Source of the DNA: a virus
Lineage: Duplodnaviria; Heunggongvirae; Uroviricota; Caudoviricetes
Length of the DNA: 7,205 nt
Reading direction: 5' to 3' (one strand)
IMG/VR virus record: IMGVR_UViG_2541047121_000009
Made by a program: the position numbers and the translations under genes. Positions 1 to 6,885 of this stretch are shown here, one piece after another. The notes below the pieces were generated by a model. It saw nothing but the letters and a program-made list of their open reading frames with translations, was not told where the DNA came from and made no database searches. Each line of letters opens with the position of its first letter. Within the stretch, counting starts at the first letter, position 1.

Positions 1-76
1 CGTATTGTTGGGCTGGAAATGGGCGCAGACGATTACGTCACCAAACCGCTGGAACTGCGCGAACTGGTAGTACGGG
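1..76 (+). pseudogene. torR: Internal fragment of an OmpR/PhoB-family response-regulator gene (end of receiver domain), probably torR, ending at a rearrangement junction near nt 76
   Basis: Frame 1 on the + strand reads RIVGLEMGADDYVTKPLELRELVVR. GADDYVTKP is the hallmark receiver-domain motif, and the unusual KPLELRELVV variant matches my recollection of E. coli TorR. The resemblance stops at about nt 76 (next expected residues VKNLLWR are absent). From memory, not searched. Confidence 0.5.
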
Positions 77-1154
77 ACAACTCCTTATCAATTGCCGTAT
101 TCAGTGTGTCGCGAATGTCGGTCAGTTCTTCCCACGTTGGCAGGTCAACCGTGTTTTTCACCGCCGGTGCATTGTTCAGTGCCGGATGCGTGACAGAAGG
201 CCAGCCGGTGCTCTGCGCGGGTGTTGTTGACTGCCCTACTGTGGCATTCTGCATCACCGCGGAAGTTGTGGGCGCAGGCAATCGTGTGACGGCATACGCC
301 GCTTCGCTGATTGCGGTCGTACGAAGGGTGCTGGCAACCACGTTACGCTGCTGCGTCGCCGTGGCGGTAGTTTTACTGTCCGTTTTCCAGACGCCGCGCG
401 GTTGCAGATCGCTGCCGAGGCTGACACCGGAAAGCGTTTTGATCATGGTGACCAGGTCGCTGGCGTTACCATAAAGGCGTTTCCCGGTACGCCACATTTT
501 CTGCACCTGCTCAACGAAATTTTTGCCTGACGATGGTGGCGGCAGAAGTACCGAGATATCCCCCTGCAACAGCCTGGCGGCATCCGATACGGCAGAATCC
601 ACCACTTTCATCGCATCAGAAACATACCCAAGCATTGTGCTGGCATTACCGACGACGTCGTTCTGCACAAAATCTGCCACGCCATCGATACTGAAACCAC
701 TGAAGCTGTCACTGATGCAGTCATCCAGTGCAGAACAGGATGACATCAGCGTCTGCGCCGTCGCCGCACCTGAAGTGGGGTAAGAGAGTTCTCCCGCTTC
801 GACAAACTTCAGGTCAAAGCGGACAATACGCCCTTCACTCTTCGATGTGCTGACCCGAACTTCCCCGTCAACACAGACTTTCAGCTCACCGTAAGTCGGA
901 TGGACAAGCGTGCCGGGACCGGGTTTATTCAGCGCGTCAATCAGGCGATCGCGCTGGTCAAAGCAGTCATCTCCCACCACATAAGCTGTGATGGACGGGC
1001 GGAAAGTGATTTTCCCCAGGTCTTCGGTATAGGGTTTGTCGCGGTTCGGGTATTCGTGCGTTTCCACACGACGACCGGTTCCCGCACTTTCTTCTTCAAC
1101 CTTAAACGGCACACCGCGAAATGACGCGTCCTGAAGTCTGTCTTTCCACGTCAT
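33..1154 (-). CDS. Mu N-like DNA circularization / tail protein (gp43-like), apparently C-terminally truncated and fused to about 14 codons read antisense through the torR-like fragment
   Basis: The minus-strand ORF has a conserved N-terminus (MTWKDRLQDASFRGVPF) resembling Mu N. ATG at 1154 is preceded by GGAG with 5-nt spacing, whereas the track start at 1196 has no SD and would place a terminator-like hairpin inside the coding region. The final residues SRTTSSRSSSGLVT are encoded by the reverse complement of the response-regulator fragment. About 373 aa is shorter than my recollection of Mu N (about 490 aa). Confidence 0.65.
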   Translation of the reverse strand: MTWKDRLQDASFRGVPFKVEEESAGTGRRVETHEYPNRDKPYTEDLGKITFRPSITAYVVGDDCFDQRDRLIDALNKPGPGTLVHPTYGELKVCVDGEVRVSTSKSEGRIVRFDLKFVEAGELSYPTSGAATAQTLMSSCSALDDCISDSFSGFSIDGVADFVQNDVVGNASTMLGYVSDAMKVVDSAVSDAARLLQGDISVLLPPPSSGKNFVEQVQKMWRTGKRLYGNASDLVTMIKTLSGVSLGSDLQPRGVWKTDSKTTATATQQRNVVASTLRTTAISEAAYAVTRLPAPTTSAVMQNATVGQSTTPAQSTGWPSVTHPALNNAPAVKNTVDLPTWEELTDIRDTLNTAIDKELSRTTSSRSSSGLVT

Positions 1155-1167
1155 ATAAACTCCGTAC

Positions 1168-1193
1168 ATAAAAAATCCCACCGGAGTGGGACT
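1168..1193 (-). terminator. Candidate rho-independent terminator or attenuator between the tape measure and N genes
   Basis: On the minus strand: TCCCAC-TCCG-GTGGGA (6-bp GC-rich stem, 4-nt loop; + strand 1176-1191) followed directly by TTTTTTAT. The + strand has no U-tract after the stem, so it is unidirectional. Confidence 0.4.
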
Positions 1194-1214
1194 CATTAAC
1201 AGATTAATTTTTCA

Positions 1215-3050
1215 TTACCTGCCAAAGCGCGTATAGCCAACATCATGGCTGACATCAAAACCGCTGGATCGCGTTTCCATAACCCGCATACCCGGAGGCG
1301 AATTCACAAAAGAGACCTTGATCTCACCATCAACTTTTGGCGCAGAAGCTTTGTTAATCATGAAGGGATTCGGGCCTGTGGCACCGGAGGCGTTGTTTGA
1401 CTGAGCCGGATCTACCGCCTGATAAGGTGTGTATCCCCGTGCCGGTATTCCCGTCCCATAAGCATCATAAGCACCCGCGCCCCACTGCGCAGAGTTAATG
1501 GCATCGACCGTGTCACCGGAACTGTCGGTAAACCACTCAATAATTGGCTTCAGTTTGTCCCACATATCCTGAAACCACTTAACAACCGGTCCCCAGTTAT
1601 TGATTACCATCCCCAGCGGCGACCAGGCAAAAACCTTCTTCAGAAGTTCCCAGCCAGCCTCAAAATAAGGACCAATGGTTTCCCAGAGCTTCTTGAAATA
1701 AGGTCCGACAACATCCCAGTTAGTGATAATTAATCCCGCAGCCAGGGCTATCGCCGTCGCAATCATTCCAATCGGCGTCATCGACATGATCCTGCTGACA
1801 ATACTGATGGCACCGCCAACGCCCATCAATCCCAGTTTCAGAATCGCAAGACCGGCAGCAAGCCCGACGACGCCGCGAATAACCCGGGGATTTTCATCCG
1901 CAAACTTCGTGAATTTTTCCCCTAACTCCCCCAGCCATTGCGTGATATTTTTGGCGTCACCAGAAAATGCGCCGCCAATAGCCGCAAGGCCGTTAGTTGC
2001 GGTCCCCGTCATTGCCTCCCACAGGTTGGACAGCGTACCAAGCTGGGCCTGAACACGTTTATTCAGGCTGGCCTGTTTATTCATCTTCTGCTGGATCTGA
2101 TCGTAGCCATCCTTTCCTTTATCGATTAGTGCATTGACCACCTGAAGGGTTTCGGCATCATCACCAAATATTGCCTTAAGTACACCTGTTCGCTTAACGT
2201 CGGTCAGTTTTCGCAGCTTTGCCAGTTGCCTGAACATGTTATCAAGACCGCCAAAACTTCCTTTGCCGTCAGTAAAATCGAGCTGTACCCCGAGTTTCTG
2301 GCGGGCCATGATTTTATTGACGTCCCTGATTTTCTTAACGCTTAATCCGGACTGGATAACTTTTCGCAGGGCGTTACCTGCCGACTCCCCGTTCATCCCC
2401 ATCTGATCCATCATGACGCTGATGGGGGCAAGGCTCTGTGCAGCCTGAAGACCGTCCTTGTTCACCATCTTCAGAACAGAGCTGGTTTTAGTGAAGAAGG
2501 ACAACATGTTGGTATCGTCAACACCCAGATAAAACGCCTTCTGGATAGTGTCGAACAGCCCCATCATGTCTTCTGACGCCGTTCCGGTAGCATCCTGCAT
2601 CTTTGCAGCAAACTCAGCAGCCGCTTCCGGTGTTTTTTTCAGTTGTACCGCAAGATAAGCTGTCGCTTTACCCACACCGCCAAGAATGTTTTCTGCCGGG
2701 ATCCCCTGACGCACCAGCATCTGCATCATGTTCTGGAAATCAGCCGTTGTACCGGGTAGCTGGTTACCCAGGCCAATAGCCAGTTTATTGATGTCCTGAA
2801 AGCTCTTTCCAACCTCGCCGTTCGCATCCATCATGGCGACTTTCAGCCCGGTGGCGGCGTTTTCCTGATCGGCATAAGATTTCAGGGAAAGCGTCAGACC
2901 CGCTGCCAGTCCGCCACCAAGCGCCAGCCCACCCTGTGACGCTTCTTCCGCCTGGCGTTTAAATCCCCGGATTTTCTTTTGCATTTTCGACAGCGCGGGA
3001 GAAAGCCTGTCGACACCGGTGATCAACGCCTTAAGCTCAAATTCCGCCAT
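1215..3050 (-). CDS. Phage tail tape measure protein (Mu Y / gp42-like), 611 aa
   Basis: Long ORF immediately downstream of the tube and chaperone genes. Gly/Ala-rich hydrophobic central segments (GVVGLAAGLAILKLGLMGVGG, IGMIATAIALAAGLII), 11-residue periodic Trp repeats near the C-terminus, and AGGAG upstream of the ATG. Gene order sheath-tube-chaperone-TMP-N matches Mu. Confidence 0.85.
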   Translation of the reverse strand: MAEFELKALITGVDRLSPALSKMQKKIRGFKRQAEEASQGGLALGGGLAAGLTLSLKSYADQENAATGLKVAMMDANGEVGKSFQDINKLAIGLGNQLPGTTADFQNMMQMLVRQGIPAENILGGVGKATAYLAVQLKKTPEAAAEFAAKMQDATGTASEDMMGLFDTIQKAFYLGVDDTNMLSFFTKTSSVLKMVNKDGLQAAQSLAPISVMMDQMGMNGESAGNALRKVIQSGLSVKKIRDVNKIMARQKLGVQLDFTDGKGSFGGLDNMFRQLAKLRKLTDVKRTGVLKAIFGDDAETLQVVNALIDKGKDGYDQIQQKMNKQASLNKRVQAQLGTLSNLWEAMTGTATNGLAAIGGAFSGDAKNITQWLGELGEKFTKFADENPRVIRGVVGLAAGLAILKLGLMGVGGAISIVSRIMSMTPIGMIATAIALAAGLIITNWDVVGPYFKKLWETIGPYFEAGWELLKKVFAWSPLGMVINNWGPVVKWFQDMWDKLKPIIEWFTDSSGDTVDAINSAQWGAGAYDAYGTGIPARGYTPYQAVDPAQSNNASGATGPNPFMINKASAPKVDGEIKVSFVNSPPGMRVMETRSSGFDVSHDVGYTRFGR

Positions 3051-3461
3051 GTGTGCGTTTCTCCTGCTCTATCCTGTTTGCCTGACTGACCAGCAAGGGA
3101 ATTTCACTGATCGGCATATTCAGCAATTCGAAAGGATTAATGCGCCAGTAGCTGGCGCAGTCAAAGAAGCGATCAGTGAGGTATTCAGCCGTCAGGCCTG
3201 GAGGAAAAAACCAGCCACAAGCCACGCCGCTGCATTCAGGTCTGCCGGAGACATCTGGTCGACAGAGCTTTGCGGCACTTTCGCCAGCCGCACAATGTAT
3301 TTCGACACCACATGCGCCAGAAGTCTGACTGACTCATCCTGATTCATCTGGTAGGGATACCCCAGCTCGCGGACATCCTTCCCGGTGGGTTCATCAAACT
3401 CCAGTACGGAGAGTGTCTCGCCATGAGCAGTAATCGGTTTCTTTAACTCAAGCTCTTTCAT
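3037..3461 (-). CDS. Tail assembly chaperone, long form made by programmed -1 frameshifting (gpGT analogue); predicted shift at 3204..3210
   Basis: The -1 frame is open from upstream of the slippery site to a stop at 3037-3039, which overlaps the tape measure start at 3050. After the shift the product reads ...AGFFPPGLTAEYLTDRFFDCASYWRINPFELLNMPISEIPLLVSQANRIEQEKRTHGGI. Confidence 0.6.
3192..3461 (-). CDS. Tail assembly chaperone, short form (Mu gp41 / lambda gpG analogue), 89 aa
   Basis: Small acidic protein encoded between the tube and tape measure genes. Its ATG overlaps the tube stop (ATGA-type coupling). Contains the slippery heptamer near its 3' end. Confidence 0.75.
   Translation of the reverse strand: MKELELKKPITAHGETLSVLEFDEPTGKDVRELGYPYQMNQDESVRLLAHVVSKYIVRLAKVPQSSVDQMSPADLNAAAWLVAGFFLQA
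3204..3210 (-). other. Slippery heptamer T_TTT_TTC for programmed -1 ribosomal frameshifting
   Basis: On the minus strand the zero frame reads GCT GGT TTT TTC CTC CAG GCC TGA. The X_XXY_YYZ heptamer T TTT TTC sits 3 codons before the short-form stop, and the -1 frame opens exactly here. Confidence 0.6.
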
Positions 3462-3817
3462 TACTGGTAATCCCCTTCTTCACCGTGGAACTCAAGATCA
3501 ACCGTGCCTTCTTCGGCATTATGGTTCGCTTCGCCGTGCAGCCAGGCAGACGACAGTACATAGACCTGACCGTTCGCCAGCTCGGCAGTGATGGTCATCT
3601 CATCAGACGAGGTGATTTTGCTTACCGGAAAATTCTTCGGCACCTTGAAGGTCCCTTTGACATAAGGCGCACGGTGAGTTTCCTTGCGGTCCACTGAACC
3701 GTCCAGGCCGATGATGTCATCGTTAACCGTTTTGTTCATGGGCACCTCAATGCCGCCGGTCAGCGATAGCTGCTGACCGTCAATTTTGAAATAACAGGTT
3801 CCCCCGATACGGGCCAT
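3461..3817 (-). CDS. Contractile tail tube protein (Mu M / gp40-like), 118 aa
   Basis: Size and position directly downstream of the sheath gene; its ATG overlaps the sheath stop (TAATG). Sequence (MARIGGTCYFKIDGQQLSLTGG...) resembles Mu-type tube proteins, from memory. Confidence 0.8.
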   Translation of the reverse strand: MARIGGTCYFKIDGQQLSLTGGIEVPMNKTVNDDIIGLDGSVDRKETHRAPYVKGTFKVPKNFPVSKITSSDEMTITAELANGQVYVLSSAWLHGEANHNAEEGTVDLEFHGEEGDYQ

Positions 3818-5313
3818 TATGCAGACTCCTCTGAATACTGAAGACGGAACTGATTAACCACGGCAAAGACACGCAGCTGGTTAACATAGTCAGGCGGGAA
3901 CAGCGTGTTCAGGCGGTTCGGATCGCTGGCATCACGCTCCACAACCAGGTACTGCTTAAACAGTTCGTAGTTTTCCACGATCCCCGCACGCTCAAGCTGA
4001 CGGTAGGTTGCCAGCAGTTCCCCTTTGATCACCGCCGGGGTGACAATCGCCTGACCGGGACCAAAGCGGGTACCGTCACTGGCAAGCTTGTGACGCCCGT
4101 ACTTACTGGTAATGACGGATTTCAGTTTGCGCAGTACATACGCGCTGGTATGCAGCGTCTCACTGTCGAGGTAACTGTTATCCGCAACCCCGTAAGCGTT
4201 TTTCCTGTACGTGGTGACATCACGCTGAATGCGTAGTACCCCGCTTTCGACATACGCCGTTGCCACGCCATGAGACAGCAGGGTCTGTTGTTCGGTCATC
4301 GTGAACCGTTTCCCCTTCGGCGCAGGCAGCATACCCACCAGCTCACCGGTCTGCGTGGGACGTGCCGGATCGTTGCGGATAAACACCGCTGCGCGGGCGG
4401 TACGGCTTGCCGCCAGCTCGTCGGCAGGCGTCTGGGTCTCTTTTTCGTACCCCGCCAGGGTAATGTGCTGCTGGTTAAACTGGTCACCTGCGGTCACCAG
4501 TTCTGACAGCGTGCCGATCTTTGCCGTATACACATGACCATACAGCTGACGCGCATAGCTCCAGCGACCGCTGGTATCGTTCATCTCGGTCACCAGCGTG
4601 TTAACGGAGGCCGTGTCGTTGAACGGCAGGCCGATATAATCAAACGGCTCATCCGCCATTGCAGCCACCGCGCCGGTGAGAACCGGAGCACCCGTTCCGG
4701 CGGTACCCGTCGCCACGGCAATCTGTACGCCCGCTGGCAGCACTTCGCCCCCACCAAAGCCGTAGTAATTGAGGCTGACAGGAATTTCATTCCCACAAAG
4801 CCCCTTATGACGCGCGGTCAGTGTGACCACGCCTGCCAAAGATGAAGCCGTAAACGGCAGGGTCGGAACGGCATTGATGGCATCCTGGATACTGCTGGCA
4901 ATCATCGTGACGTTATCGCCGTTAGTCACCGGTGCCTGCACGCGGGTACGTCCTACATACACATTCACCGTGCCGGTTTCGGTTGCCGCCCCGGTCACCG
5001 TCAGCGTAACTGTTGCCGCCGCACCTGTGGATTCAGGAACGGCAATCACATACAGCTCGCCAAACGGGTCAGTCTGGCGATAAGCCTCGACCATACGCGC
5101 CAGCTGACTTCCCGCACCACAAATCTGGCGTGCATAGTCTGCCGACGACATCAGTACCAGACTGTTGGCAACAATCTCTGCACCGTTATTGGCATGACCA
5201 ATCAGCAGCGATGCTCCGCTGTCCTGTGCAGTATTCGCCGCCTGGTTATCCATTTCCGCATAAAACAACGGAACCAGCGTATTCGACGGAATGGTGTTAA
5301 AGCTTATCGTCAT
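3817..5313 (-). CDS. Contractile tail sheath protein (Mu L / gp39-like), 498 aa
   Basis: N-terminus MTISFNTIPSNTLVPLFYAEMDN... resembles Mu/P2-type sheath proteins. About 500 aa, AAGGTG SD 8 nt upstream of the ATG, and immediately followed by the tube gene. Confidence 0.85.
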   Translation of the reverse strand: MTISFNTIPSNTLVPLFYAEMDNQAANTAQDSGASLLIGHANNGAEIVANSLVLMSSADYARQICGAGSQLARMVEAYRQTDPFGELYVIAVPESTGAAATVTLTVTGAATETGTVNVYVGRTRVQAPVTNGDNVTMIASSIQDAINAVPTLPFTASSLAGVVTLTARHKGLCGNEIPVSLNYYGFGGGEVLPAGVQIAVATGTAGTGAPVLTGAVAAMADEPFDYIGLPFNDTASVNTLVTEMNDTSGRWSYARQLYGHVYTAKIGTLSELVTAGDQFNQQHITLAGYEKETQTPADELAASRTARAAVFIRNDPARPTQTGELVGMLPAPKGKRFTMTEQQTLLSHGVATAYVESGVLRIQRDVTTYRKNAYGVADNSYLDSETLHTSAYVLRKLKSVITSKYGRHKLASDGTRFGPGQAIVTPAVIKGELLATYRQLERAGIVENYELFKQYLVVERDASDPNRLNTLFPPDYVNQLRVFAVVNQFRLQYSEESA

Positions 5314-5467
5314 CGGTGTTCACCTTTTTATTCACGCGCCGGATATCACCCGCTGCTTCACGGCGCAGCCAGTAGTTGTTCTCGTCAACATTTCGCCCTT
5401 CGGCGGGCAAAAGGTCGCCGCGGGCAGGGTCAGGCACTGACCGCCCTTTAACAGGTTTGACAAACAT
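5297..5467 (-). CDS. Hypothetical small basic protein (56 aa), not in the supplied ORF track
   Basis: Translates as MFVKPVKGRSVPDPARGDLLPAEGRNVDENNYWLRREAAGDIRRVNKKVNTDDDKL. The upstream gene's TGA stop is embedded in GAGGA, 5 nt before this ATG. It fills the only gap of about 160 bp in the operon and overlaps the sheath start by 17 nt in another frame. No homology recognised. Confidence 0.3.
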   Translation of the reverse strand: MFVKPVKGRSVPDPARGDLLPAEGRNVDENNYWLRREAAGDIRRVNKKVNTDDDKL

Positions 5468-5475
5468 GAGGATCC

Positions 5476-6036
5476 TCAGGAAGGAAGGGTTATTTCGGTG
5501 TGATGTTCGATATCGCCGTCAGGCCCGTTACCGGGCTCGAGATAATCAACATCAATCGCCAGCGTTTGCAGTTCATCCAGACTGTTCAGATCATCCTGCT
5601 GGCGGGTATCGTCTTCAGTCAGCTCGCTGATGACCGAAAAATCGAACTGATAAATCAGCTCATGACGATTCAGATCCAGCAGCGTGCCGCCGTCATAGGT
5701 AATCGGGTTACCGCACGCTTCCGGGTTCCAGCCCAGCAAGGCCTTAAAGAGCATCTGCCGGACATCGTCCACCACATCATACGAAGCAAACTGACCGAGC
5801 TCATCACGCCCGTTACTCAGTATGACAACCACGGAGAAGCCCTCTTTCAGCTCCTGCCAGTAGTCGGTCTGGCTTTTGTTTTCTCCCGGAGAGTCATCAC
5901 CCGGTACCACATACGCCGCCGGGAGTCTCAGCTTTCCGACCTCCGGCAGATTTTTGAACTGTGCCGCGCCTGCCACCCGGTTTTCAAAATACGGGCAGCG
6001 GGCACGCAGCGCAGCAATAACAGGCGTCAGTTTCAT
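5476..6036 (-). CDS. Mu-like virion (neck/tail-proximal) protein, gp37/gp38-like, 186 aa
   Basis: Its ATG overlaps the upstream stop (ATGA) and it sits directly upstream of the sheath gene, as the small conserved genes preceding L do in Mu-like phages. Exact family not verifiable without a search. Confidence 0.55.
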   Translation of the reverse strand: MKLTPVIAALRARCPYFENRVAGAAQFKNLPEVGKLRLPAAYVVPGDDSPGENKSQTDYWQELKEGFSVVVILSNGRDELGQFASYDVVDDVRQMLFKALLGWNPEACGNPITYDGGTLLDLNRHELIYQFDFSVISELTEDDTRQQDDLNSLDELQTLAIDVDYLEPGNGPDGDIEHHTEITLPS

Positions 6037-6539
6037 CTGCGTCGTCGCTCAGGCTTCAGTGATTTACGTAATTCTCGCGCCAGAAAATAGCGTGTCCAGC
6101 TGCGGTTCTTTTCAAGCGTTTCCACCATAAAGTTATTACGTGGAGCCAGCCGCCAGCCGCTGCCACCGGATGCACCACGATGATGACTACGACGACGTTT
6201 TGCTCCTCCCCGGACACCAAAAAACAGAAACGCCGGATAGAAGTCACCAGAGATCATCCGGTTCCCCTTCCCGTTGCGCTGGTTAGGGGCAATGCGTGTC
6301 ATAAAACCGGCTCGCTTTTTACTGGCTCTCGGCACCATGTAACCAATCGAACGAGCCAGGCGTCCGGTCTGATAACCGGGGTTTTCACCCGGTGCCGACC
6401 GCGCACGGCGCATCACCAGCCGACGGGCATCACGCATATGACGCTGCCCAATCGTGACAAACGCCCGCCGGACACGGGCGCGGTTAAAGCGCATCTCGGC
6501 GGGCTGCTGAACATCAACGTGAAAAAAGGGAGTCGCCAT
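6033..6539 (-). CDS. Arg-rich phage virion morphogenesis / tail-completion-like protein, 168 aa
   Basis: Strong SD (GGAGG, 5 nt) before the ATG at 6539. Highly basic, ending in RRRR. Position in the neck gene block of a Mu-like late operon. Family assignment from memory is uncertain. Confidence 0.55.
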   Translation of the reverse strand: MATPFFHVDVQQPAEMRFNRARVRRAFVTIGQRHMRDARRLVMRRARSAPGENPGYQTGRLARSIGYMVPRASKKRAGFMTRIAPNQRNGKGNRMISGDFYPAFLFFGVRGGAKRRRSHHRGASGGSGWRLAPRNNFMVETLEKNRSWTRYFLARELRKSLKPERRRR

Positions 6540-6885
6540 TGCTGCCTCCGTGACTCTGCGTAAATTCGCCCAGTTCCGTACACTCCAGCAGCAGAAAGCG
6601 CCGCGCCCCGTTCAGATCGCGCTGACGTTTCACCCGGTACACACTGTCATCACAGACCACCTCATAATCAGCAGTGATCCCGCGGCGGTAGCGAATGGTG
6701 ATGTAATGGGTGATGGCGTCCCCGGTCTGCGCGGTTTCCTGCCAGGTGGTGGCACTGGTCTGGATAACCTTCGCCCATGCCCGGAACGCAACCGGGTATT
6801 GAGGCTCCACGCCAAAGTTATCCGCGGGCATATCCACCCGCTGGCGGATCAGGACGCGTTTATTCAGTTCGCCGGGGTCCGGCAG
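6514..6885 (-). pseudogene. 3' portion of a Mu-like neck/head-completion gene (gp36-like?), interrupted at its 5' side by the IS insertion
   Basis: The minus-strand frame that ends at 6514 stays open upstream past the track's GTG at 6837, which has no SD, and runs into the IS terminal repeat at 6886. The first stop in that frame lies inside the IS. Confidence 0.5.

Noticed and set aside
19-474. + strand ORF of 151 aa beginning MGADDYVTKP...
   Set aside because: Only the first 20 or so codons are genuine response-regulator sequence. Beyond nt 76 the frame runs antisense through the Mu N-like gene with Cys/Val-rich nonsense composition, so it is an artefact of the junction.
1194-1196. ATG at 1196 as the N gene start (track ORF 33..1196)
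   Set aside because: No SD; it would place the terminator-like hairpin and U-tract inside the coding region. The ATG at 1154 has GGAG at the right spacing and begins the recognisable N-like N-terminus.
5431-5445. Short hairpin GGTCAG-GCA-CTGACC in the gap upstream of the sheath gene
   Set aside because: Only a 6-bp stem with a 3-nt loop and no adjacent U-tract, and it lies inside the candidate small ORF. It is indistinguishable from chance in GC-rich sequence.
523-5630. Remaining short + strand ORFs in the track (523..783, 900..1124, 1723..2052, 1938..2129, 3019..3342, 3485..3697, 4270..4506, 4301..4537, 4534..4845, 4823..5083, 5013..5300, 5194..5451, 5376..5630) and the out-of-frame minus ORFs 4296..4487, 4590..4796, 6056..6247, 6630..6815
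   Set aside because: All are embedded within or antisense to the well-supported tail genes, have no ribosome binding sites that I could see, and show biased nonsense composition. The one exception, 3037..3225, is reinterpreted as the frameshift extension.
5500-6090. + strand ORF of 196 aa antisense to the gp38-like gene
   Set aside because: It lies entirely antisense to a translationally coupled minus-strand gene. It has Arg/Ile/Gln-rich low-complexity composition typical of antisense frames in GC-rich DNA, and no SD or promoter context.
6835-6837. GTG start at 6837 used by the ORF track for the 107-aa minus-strand ORF
   Set aside because: There is no SD upstream and the frame stays open to the IS terminus, so the ORF is more likely the 3' remnant of an interrupted gene than a complete one.
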